Source of the DNA: a virus
Taxonomy: Duplodnaviria; Caudoviricetes
DNA: 33,543 bases
Virus record (IMG/VR): IMGVR_UViG_3300032332_000629
Span: 1 to 33,543 of that record
Strand: one strand, 5' to 3'
Shown: positions 1 through 6,119 of the stretch, piece after piece
How the letters are laid out: every line of letters begins with the position of its first letter
Position numbering within the stretch: the first letter of the stretch is position 1
Translations under genes and position numbers: made by a program
Notes under the pieces: model-generated
Seen by the model: only the letters and a program-made list of their open reading frames with translations
Told to the model about the DNA's origin: nothing
Databases searched by the model: none

Positions 1-60
1 GGTTACGCGACCTCGTGAAGGATTTTAGGTGAAAGTTTTTTGCAACAGTTCCGCAGAACT

Positions 61-546
61 ATGCCCAAACCTGAGCCCGAACTGACCGCCATCGCCGAGG
101 CGCTCCAGATCGACGTTCGCACGCTTAGAAACTGGCGCAAACGCGACGGCTTCCCGCACGGACAGAACGCCGACGCGGTGAAAGCGTGGGCAGACCGGAA
201 CGGGCTGGGGCGCCTCAAGGACTCGACGCTTTCCGAACTCAAAGCCGAACTCATGCGCGAGCAAATTCGCCTCGCCCGCGCAAAGAACGAACGCGAAGCC
301 GGCGACGTGATTGACCGCGAAGTCGTCGAAGCGATGCTCGTGACCCTCGGCCAAAAGCTTGACCTGCTCCTTCGCCTCAAGCTGGAGGTCGAGCTAGGGC
401 CGCGCGTCGCCGGCAAGAACGCAGCCGAGGCGAACGTCGAGGGCGGGGAAATCCTGCAGGAGATCCGCGAAGTCATCAACGGCAACATCGCGAAGTTCCA
501 GGGTGATGCGCTGGCGCAGTCGCGGGAGGCGGATGCGATTGCTTGA
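61..546 (+). CDS. terS: Terminase small subunit (lambda Nu1-like)
   Basis: N-terminal HTH (IAEALQIDVRTLRNWRKRDGFP), then coiled coil and 'ARAKNEREAGDVIDREVV', typical of Nu1-like proteins; ATG at 61 preferred over the TTG at 40; GpA-like terL lies downstream. Confidence 0.85.
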   Translation: MPKPEPELTAIAEALQIDVRTLRNWRKRDGFPHGQNADAVKAWADRNGLGRLKDSTLSELKAELMREQIRLARAKNEREAGDVIDREVVEAMLVTLGQKLDLLLRLKLEVELGPRVAGKNAAEANVEGGEILQEIREVINGNIAKFQGDALAQSREADAIA

Positions 547-589
547 ATTAACTCTTGCAATCAATCAAGCGGTGTGAATGCTCTGACGC

Positions 590-796
590 ATGAACAACAC
601 CACCGCCGCCAAGGTTAAGACCCTATTCAACGCTATCGCCGCCAACTACCGCGCACGCGGTGATTCCCACCCCGAGGTGGCCGCCAAGTTTCAGGTCGAG
701 TTGGTTTTGCAGACCGCAAAAAGCCAGCCGATGTATATCAATCAGCTTCTCGATGAAGAAATCGAAGACACCCTCAAGGCGGGGCGGGCAGCATGA
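590..796 (+). CDS. Hypothetical protein (68 aa)
   Basis: ATG ORF with a TTGCAA -35-like box upstream (555-560); ATGA overlap with the next gene. Confidence 0.65.
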   Translation: MNNTTAAKVKTLFNAIAANYRARGDSHPEVAAKFQVELVLQTAKSQPMYINQLLDEEIEDTLKAGRAA

Positions 797-1173
797 GGGG
801 CGGCAAACGCCAAGGCGCAGGCCGCAAGCCGCTCCCGCCTGACCAGCGGGCCGTCGGCATCACGGTGCGCGTGCGCCCTGAAATCGCCGCACGCTTCGCT
901 GCATGGTGCACGCTGCGAGGCGTGAGCCAGTCGCGCGCGTTCTCGGCGTGGGTCAAACGCTCGTTGCGCGATCTGGTCGATGCGGTCCATCCAATTTCCC
1001 GCGAGTGCGGGGACAGTAGCTCAGACTGCGACCGCTACACTTCGCCGGTAAGTAAGAGCAACACCGGCACTATTTCTTCCCCGAACATCGGCAGTCAGCG
1101 AACCCGGCCCCTAGTATCCGACAACCAAAACGCCGAAGCGCCTACCACTGAGCCACGTCCGGGTTCGCTGTGA
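793..1173 (+). CDS. Ribbon-helix-helix-type small DNA-binding protein with a read-through C-terminal tail
   Basis: 'RGGKRQGAGRKP' motif, beta-strand 'ITVRV' and two helices; residues after about 60 look like an extension running into attC-like site 1. Confidence 0.65.
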   Translation: MRGGKRQGAGRKPLPPDQRAVGITVRVRPEIAARFAAWCTLRGVSQSRAFSAWVKRSLRDLVDAVHPISRECGDSSSDCDRYTSPVSKSNTGTISSPNIGSQRTRPLVSDNQNAEAPTTEPRPGSL

Positions 1174-1187
1174 TGCCTTGGTTCTCC
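1080..1187 (-). other. attC-like recombination site 1 (108 bp)
   Basis: + strand CCCGAAC-ATCGGCAGT-CAGCGAACCCGG...CCGGGTTCGCTG-TGATGCCTTG-GTTCTCC; 12-bp perfect inner stem; right spacer 10 nt rather than 9. Confidence 0.75.
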
Positions 1188-1212
1188 CTCTTCTTTTTCC
1201 CGTAAATCGCCC

Positions 1213-1722
1213 GTGTCCTCAACTCATCAACAATCACAACTAACTAATCACACTCGCGTGTGCTTCAGTCCTCTGTCTGTGGTGCCTTCGTTCTTTGAGG
1301 CTGACACTCAGGCCCCGGAATCGTCCTCACCGGACGGGAATAAATTTTCAACCGCGGAGGCCGTGGGCGAGCGCGCTGCGCTTATCCACGGCGCTGCGCC
1401 GGTCTGCCGCCGCGTCGTCGCGCTGCGCGACGATGGCCGATGGCTCTGCCTGAGCTGCGCGGAGCCGCACACGATCAAAGCGCCAAGCGGTCCGGGCGCA
1501 TACTCGCCGATGCGATACGCGCTCACGGAAAAGGCACGCCGCGAGCAACGCGTGCGCGCTGGCCTGTGCGCGGAGTGCAGCCAGCCGCGCGGCATCCACG
1601 GCAACGCCCGCCTCTGTGAAACGCACCGCGCCAAGTCGGCCGCTCGGAAGCGCCGGATGCGCGAGCGAGCGATGCACGCGATCCGCGATAACCTCTATGG
1701 CCACCGGGCCGACATACCATGA
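1213..1722 (+). CDS. Hypothetical Cys-rich basic protein (cassette A); true start uncertain, possibly ATG 1511
   Basis: CxxC motifs (CLSC, CAEC...LCETH) and basic tail; ATGA overlap with 1719; N-terminal half does not look protein-like. Confidence 0.45.
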   Translation: MSSTHQQSQLTNHTRVCFSPLSVVPSFFEADTQAPESSSPDGNKFSTAEAVGERAALIHGAAPVCRRVVALRDDGRWLCLSCAEPHTIKAPSGPGAYSPMRYALTEKARREQRVRAGLCAECSQPRGIHGNARLCETHRAKSAARKRRMRERAMHAIRDNLYGHRADIP

Positions 1723-2000
1723 TCGAACCGCAACAACTCATCCGGCGGCATGACCGCATCCGCGCCGTCTGGCAGCGCACGAAGTCAACTAACACGGCAG
1801 AGCGTTGCCGGCTACGCCTAGCCTCCATCGCGCGGGAGGCGCGCGAAAACTTTGACCACGCGCACGCGAGGGCAGTGGGTGCTCGTATGGTCCTCCGGCT
1901 GCCTGACGACCGTGCGCGTGTGTCCTCTTTGGCGAACGCCGGGGATGAGCCACGGCCGCTCGGGGCCGTTGGCTCTGGCCCCTCGTTCGAAAGGCCGTAG
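1719..2000 (+). CDS. Hypothetical protein (cassette A), C-terminus reads through attC-like site 2
   Basis: ATG ORF coupled to the upstream stop; ends LANAGDEPRPLGAVGSGPSFERP across the hairpin. Confidence 0.55.
   Translation: MIEPQQLIRRHDRIRAVWQRTKSTNTAERCRLRLASIAREARENFDHAHARAVGARMVLRLPDDRARVSSLANAGDEPRPLGAVGSGPSFERP
1931..1991 (-). other. attC-like recombination site 2 (61 bp, classic '59-base element' size)
   Basis: + strand GGCGAAC-GCCGGGGAT-GAGCCA-CGGCC-loop-GGCCG-T-TGGCTC-TGGCCCCTC-GTTCGAA: AAC-N9-stem...stem with extra T-N9-GTT, the layout of an attC bottom strand. Confidence 0.85.
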
Positions 2001-2016
2001 AAAATGCCCTCGTAAA

Positions 2017-2072
2017 TGTAACGCCACGACACACGATAAATCTTGCAAACACTGTAACGCTACGCCACAAAT
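2017..2072 (+). promoter_or_regulatory. Cassette B promoter with two operator-like repeats
   Basis: TGTAACGCCACGACACA (2017-2033) and TGTAACGCTACGCCACA (2053-2069), 15/17 identical imperfect palindromes, flanking TTGCAA (2043-2048). Confidence 0.6.
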
Positions 2073-2077
2073 AGGAC

Positions 2078-2551
2078 ATGGACACAACGACCACACAACG
2101 CAGGGCGAAAGCTGGCGGCGAATACGGCGCGAACGGCGACTGGTATGAGGGCGGGAAATTTATCGCCACGGAGGAAGACACCATCAAGCGCGCTCCCATG
2201 CGCCACGAGGTCACGCCCGAAGAGGCCGCGCGCCGCGCCGCCCGTGACGAGGAAAACCGCATCACCGCCGCGCGCGTGCAAGCGTGGCTGACCGAGCGCC
2301 GCGCCCGCTTCGCTGATGTAATCGCGCGCCTGACGGCCAATCCGGGGCATGACCCGAAGTGGTGGGCCGAACTGCTGGCCAACGGCCAAGCGGGATTTCA
2401 CGCCAGCCTCGGCGTGCAACTGCGCGACGGCGGATCGCTCTCGGCGCGGCAGGCCGAATACGTGGCGAAGGCGATTTTCGGGCGCTGCAACCGCAAGAAC
2501 GCCGAAGCGTGGGACGCGCTGGTGTCTGGTCTGGTGGAGGACTTCAAATGA
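2078..2551 (+). CDS. Hypothetical protein (cassette B)
   Basis: ATG with AGGAC upstream; 'RAKAGGEYGANGDWYEGGKFI' N-terminus and 'LSARQAEYVAK' C-terminal helix; coherent codon usage. Confidence 0.8.
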   Translation: MDTTTTQRRAKAGGEYGANGDWYEGGKFIATEEDTIKRAPMRHEVTPEEAARRAARDEENRITAARVQAWLTERRARFADVIARLTANPGHDPKWWAELLANGQAGFHASLGVQLRDGGSLSARQAEYVAKAIFGRCNRKNAEAWDALVSGLVEDFK

Positions 2552-2784
2552 CCGCCGCCGAATACAAGCGCCGCCGCGCCGCGCTCGGGCACACGCAGGC
2601 GACTCTCGCCAAGGTGCTCGGGCTCGCTCGCGGGACAATCGCCCGCCGCGAAACCGGCGCGCTCCCCATACCTACCGAAGCGGCGATTGCGCTTTCTTCG
2701 CTCCCGAAAACCAAGACGCGCCCGCATAGGCCGTCGAACGCCAGCGGTCAGCCACACCCGACCGAACACGATAAACCTCTATGA
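2548..2784 (+). CDS. XRE/Cro-like HTH regulator (cassette B)
   Basis: MTAAEYKRRRAALGHTQATLAKVLGLARGTIARRETGALPIP; ATGA overlap with the upstream gene; GGAGG upstream. Confidence 0.85.
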   Translation: MTAAEYKRRRAALGHTQATLAKVLGLARGTIARRETGALPIPTEAAIALSSLPKTKTRPHRPSNASGQPHPTEHDKPL

Positions 2785-2861
2785 GCACTCAACCCGACAG
2801 CGCACCAGCAGCGACCGCCAAAGCCCCGGACAAGGGTGTTGGCTGTGACGCTTTGTTAGCC
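2733..2861 (-). other. attC-like recombination site 3 (129 bp; loop holds ATG 2781)
   Basis: + strand GTCGAAC-GCCAGCGGT-CAGCCA-CACCC...GGGTG-T-TGGCTG-TGACGCTTT-GTTAGCC; N9 spacers on both sides and an extra T on the right arm. Confidence 0.85.
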
Positions 2862-3149
2862 TCCGATGGACACATCTACGAAATAAACCAAGGCTACTCT
2901 GGCATCTACATCATGCACCGGGATGGCACGGTGACGGGCTCGCCGCTGCCGTCCGAGCTTCAATTCTGGCAACAGGCGCAAGCGTATCGAGCGAAGCTCA
3001 AACACATCGTCGAAGTCATCGAGGCTCACGAAATCGAATCTCTTTCGTGCGACCGCGACGGCAACGAGTATTGCGACTGCCTGCGCCGCGCCGCCAAGGA
3101 CGCAAACCTTCTTCTGGCTAACGATAAAGCTCAGACACGAGCCGATTGA
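2781..3149 (+). CDS. Hypothetical protein (cassette C)
   Basis: Starts in the loop of site 3 and ends in the left arm/loop of site 4. Confidence 0.75.
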   Translation: MSTQPDSAPAATAKAPDKGVGCDALLASDGHIYEINQGYSGIYIMHRDGTVTGSPLPSELQFWQQAQAYRAKLKHIVEVIEAHEIESLSCDRDGNEYCDCLRRAAKDANLLLANDKAQTRAD

Positions 3150-3304
3150 ACGCAGAATCTTTCTATGAAAATCGAACCAATGCCAGAAGGCACCGGCGCA
3201 CTAATCGCGCGCATGGCTGCCGATGATCGTAAAGCCGCGAGCGCAAAAGCCATCGTCGAATCGCAGGCCCAGCAGGCTCGTTGTTCTGTGGCGCTGGGTT
3301 CGGC
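3116..3304 (-). other. attC-like recombination site 4 (189 bp; loop holds ATG 3165)
   Basis: + strand GGCTAAC-GATAAAGCT-CAGACA-CGAGCC...GGCTCG-T-TGTTCTG-TGGCGCTGG-GTTCGGC; N9 spacers, extra Ts on the right arm; loop longer than typical attC. Confidence 0.75.
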
Positions 3305-3548
3305 GTCTGAACTGCGAATCAGCGGAGAAAACGCCCGAATCATAATCGTGAATTGTCACGCCCTCATGCGCCACAAATTCCGCCGCACGCCGTTGTGGTC
3401 GATGGTCAGCCAAATCACCGGCCACGGCTCGGGCTACTCTTGGGAAATCTGCAAAAGTGCAAACCTCGATGGCGGTCAAAACTGTGGGGTCGAACGCCTC
3501 AAGGACTTTCCGCCGAACAAGGCAGATATGCCGACTTGCAGCAAATAA
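3165..3548 (+). CDS. Hypothetical protein (cassette D)
   Basis: Starts in the loop of site 4; core 'TPLWSMVSQITGHGSGYSWEICKSANLD'; ends across the terminal half-site. Confidence 0.75.
   Translation: MKIEPMPEGTGALIARMAADDRKAASAKAIVESQAQQARCSVALGSASELRISGENARIIIVNCHALMRHKFRRTPLWSMVSQITGHGSGYSWEICKSANLDGGQNCGVERLKDFPPNKADMPTCSK
3511..3535 (-). other. Terminal half-site (attI/attG-like simple site) bounding the array
   Basis: - strand GCATATC-TGCCTT-GTTCGGCG: L-like box, 6-nt spacer, GTT core; no partner hairpin arm seen downstream on +. Confidence 0.55.
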
Positions 3549-3557
3549 CGCCCGCTA

Positions 3558-3835
3558 ATGCTCGCCGCCCTCCTCCGCTACTCCCGCCGCGAACGCCGCG
3601 CCGTTGCCCAATCGTGGGCGCGGCGCTCGCACGCGACGCGGGCTGCTCGGCGCATGGAGCGCGGGCCGGATGCCGACACGCTCCGCCGTCGGGCATTGCA
3701 CGATGCGCGAGGCAAAGTGGTTCGCGAGGGCGTCACTTACCACAGAGACGGGCGCGGTTTCGCGCTTGGTGCAAGGGGCGCGGAATCAGTCAGAGCGAAG
3801 TGTTTTCCACTTTCGTTCTTCACCTTATCGCGTGA
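3558..3835 (+). pseudogene. Arg-rich ORF joined out of frame to a 3' fragment of an RHH paralog (3752-3835)
   Basis: ARFRAWCKGRGISQSEVFS matches ARFAAWCTLRGVSQSRAFS of 793-1173 at 13/19 positions but has no N-terminus. Confidence 0.5.
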
Positions 3836-3861
3836 CCGCGTCCGACAATCTTTTATTCCCA

Positions 3862-4053
3862 ATGAAAACCAACACACTACAAAATAAACTAGATCAAATT
3901 CAAAAGCTATTCGACGCCAAGTGCGACAAAAACGCCGAACTGGCATATCAAATAAAGAAGGCTCGTGACCTAACTGCGACTCACGCCGAGGAATACCCAA
4001 ACACATTTGCGCAACTCATGTTAGATTGGGCCAGAATAAATAAGAATCTTTGA
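3862..4053 (+). CDS. Hypothetical AT-rich helical protein (63 aa)
   Basis: ATG 3862 (MKTNTLQNKLDQ...); stop overlaps the terL TTG start. Confidence 0.65.
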   Translation: MKTNTLQNKLDQIQKLFDAKCDKNAELAYQIKKARDLTATHAEEYPNTFAQLMLDWARINKNL

Positions 4054-5840
4054 CCGCCTCCGACGCACTCCTCGCCAAGCTGCGCCTCCCGCAGCCCGAC
4101 CGCTCTCCGATCTACGAGTGGGCGCGGAAGCACATCACGCTCCCCGAGAGCTACGCAACGCCGGGGCCGTTCAACGCAAAGATCACGCCTTGGCTGATTC
4201 CGATCTTCGACGCGCTCCAGAATCCGCTAGTGCGCCGGGTGCATTTCCGCAAAGCCGTTCAAATCGGCGGCACGCTCGTGGCTGACATCTGGGTTCCGTG
4301 GCTCATCGCAAACGACGCGGGGCCGATTTCGTGGACGATGCAGACCGACGAAATGGTCGAGAAGCATTGCAAATCGCGCCTGAACCCACTGCTCGAACGG
4401 TGTAAGCCCGTCGCGTCGATGCTCCCGAAGCCGGGACCGAACCGGATGACTACCGAGATTTACTTCGGCGGATTCTTCCTCTCGCTCAACCCCGCGAATC
4501 TTTCGACGCAGCAGTCGCAGTCAATTCGTTACAAGGTAAACGACGAAATCTGGCTCCCGCGCTGGCAGGAGGTTTACGGTCACGCCGTCGCGCGCGTGTC
4601 GAAGTTTGAAGAGGTCGGGCGCTCGAAGATTTACAACGTGTCGCAAGCGCCCGAAATGTCCGCCGAGGTCGGCAACGTCGAAGATACGAGCTATCGCGCC
4701 GGCAATCAGCAGGAGTGGCACGCGCTTTGCCCGTCGTGCGGCAAGGCTCATCCCGTGACGTTCTCGCAGCCTTCGATCGACGACAAGGAAACGCGCGGCG
4801 GAGTCGTCTGGGACCGCACAGCGAAGCGGGACGACGAGACGTGGGACGTTGCGCGAGCGGTCGAGAGCACGCGCTTTCGCTGTATTCACTGCGGTCACGA
4901 GTCGCCGGACAACGACGCGACGCGCAACCATTGGCGCAAGACCGGGCATTACATCGCGCAACGAGAGGACGCGCCGGCGGAGATCCAGAGTTTTCGCATC
5001 GAGGCACTCGTGGCGCGCCCGATGAAGATGCTCGTGGAGGAGTTTTGCGAGGCCGAGAACCAATGGGCGAAGCGCGGCGAGGACCGCATGAAGATGGAGT
5101 TTCGCACGAAGCGCGAAGCCAAGCCGTGGATCGTCGAAAAGAAGACGGTCAATCTCTTTGTGCAGTCGAGCGGCTACAAGCTGGCTGACCACGCGCAAGG
5201 CCAAGCCATCGAGAACGAGGCAATCCGCTTCATGACCATTGACCGGCAGCTCGATCACTGGTGGGTCGAGATCGGCGCCTTCGCAACCAATGGCGGCACG
5301 CGCTACCGACAGCTGCACTTCGGGCGCATTGACACGCGCGACCAACTGCGCGCGCTTCAACTGCGCTACAAGGTCGCCGACGCGTGCGTTGCGCAGGACC
5401 GCGGCTATCGTCCGAGCGACGTTGACCGCGACTGCGCCGACTTTGGGTGGCGCTCAATGCGAGGCCACGCGCGGAAGACCTGGACAATGCGCGACGACGC
5501 GACGGGCAAGCTGATTAACTTCCCGTTTTCCGATCCGCAGGTCAGTGACTACCGCGGCGGTGACGTTTACTTCTACAACTGGAGCGGCGACTACTTCAAG
5601 GACGTGCTCCAGACCGCGCTTGAGGGCAAAGGCGACTTGAAATGGGAGCTGCCCGACGACGTGAACCCGCTGTATTTGCAGCACCTCAAAGGCGAATCCA
5701 AAGTCGAGGTTCGCGCGGGCGTTTGGGAGTGGCGCGAAGTCAAAAGCAACGCCGCAAATCACGGTCTCGACACGTCGGCCATGATGCTATGTATCGCGAC
5801 GATTGCAGGCGTCGTGCGCTACGTTCCTGCGACGGCGTAG
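4050..5840 (+). CDS. terL: Terminase large subunit (lambda GpA family)
   Basis: 'IYEWA...PGPF...TPW', Walker A-like 'RKAVQIGGT', Walker B 'YKVNDE', CPSCG/CIHCG zinc motifs, C-terminal 'NHGLD' nuclease motif. Confidence 0.93.
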   Translation: MTASDALLAKLRLPQPDRSPIYEWARKHITLPESYATPGPFNAKITPWLIPIFDALQNPLVRRVHFRKAVQIGGTLVADIWVPWLIANDAGPISWTMQTDEMVEKHCKSRLNPLLERCKPVASMLPKPGPNRMTTEIYFGGFFLSLNPANLSTQQSQSIRYKVNDEIWLPRWQEVYGHAVARVSKFEEVGRSKIYNVSQAPEMSAEVGNVEDTSYRAGNQQEWHALCPSCGKAHPVTFSQPSIDDKETRGGVVWDRTAKRDDETWDVARAVESTRFRCIHCGHESPDNDATRNHWRKTGHYIAQREDAPAEIQSFRIEALVARPMKMLVEEFCEAENQWAKRGEDRMKMEFRTKREAKPWIVEKKTVNLFVQSSGYKLADHAQGQAIENEAIRFMTIDRQLDHWWVEIGAFATNGGTRYRQLHFGRIDTRDQLRALQLRYKVADACVAQDRGYRPSDVDRDCADFGWRSMRGHARKTWTMRDDATGKLINFPFSDPQVSDYRGGDVYFYNWSGDYFKDVLQTALEGKGDLKWELPDDVNPLYLQHLKGESKVEVRAGVWEWREVKSNAANHGLDTSAMMLCIATIAGVVRYVPATA

Positions 5841-5868
5841 GATTGGTTTTAACGGGGCGCGCTTTGGC

Positions 5869-6108
5869 GTGGCACTCGACAACCCATTTCTCGGTCTCGA
5901 AACGGCGACTTTGACGACTCTCAAGACGCGGGCAACCGACGCGATCTTGGCGGTTTTGAGCAATCAAAGTTACTCGCTCAACGGCAAAAGCGTCACGCGC
6001 GCTGACCTCAATTCGCTCAATCAAATGCTGGGTCAAATCCAATGGGCACTCGATGACGCAAACGGCACGGCGCGCACGACCTCGTTCGTCAGTTTTAACG
6101 GTCTCTAA
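5869..6108 (+). CDS. gpW-like head-tail joining protein
   Basis: GTG 5869; 'QSYSLNGKSVTRADLNSL' motif; lies between terL and portal. Confidence 0.8.
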   Translation: MALDNPFLGLETATLTTLKTRATDAILAVLSNQSYSLNGKSVTRADLNSLNQMLGQIQWALDDANGTARTTSFVSFNGL

Positions 6109-6119
6109 CACTGGCAACC

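Larger units (their letters stand above)
1086..3517 (-). mobile_element. Array of four integron-like gene cassettes (A 1086-1936, B 1937-2738, C 2739-3121, D 3122-3517), no integrase in window (CALIN-like)
   Basis: Each GTT core is complementary to the AAC core of the NEXT site: GTTCTCC/GGCGAAC 6/7, GTTCGAA/GTCGAAC 6/7, GTTAGCC/GGCTAAC 7/7, GTTCGGCG/CGCCGAAC 8/8. Confidence 0.8.

Noticed and set aside
1-60. cos packaging site upstream of terS
   Set aside because: Position fits lambda-like phages, but no recognisable cosN symmetry in the 60 bp available
1005-1013. GTGCGGGGA, 8/9 complementary to TCCCCGAAC (1078-1086), as the core of a fifth tiny cassette
   Set aside because: GTT is broken and no attC stem is visible upstream; may be a remnant but cannot be supported
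1991-2003. 13-bp identity AAGGCCGTAGAAA with 31983-31995
   Set aside because: Several 13-bp matches are expected by chance in 33.5 kb; no shared context
1080-3535. CRISPR array or DGR explanation for the repeated elements
   Set aside because: The sites share structure rather than sequence, spacing is 380-850 bp, and no cas, reverse transcriptase or adenine-specific TR/VR pair is seen
3686-3727. GTCGGGCAT...GTTCGCG as the missing right arm of the 3511 site
   Set aside because: Spacing to GTT is far from the 9-10 nt seen in the other four sites and the pairing is weak
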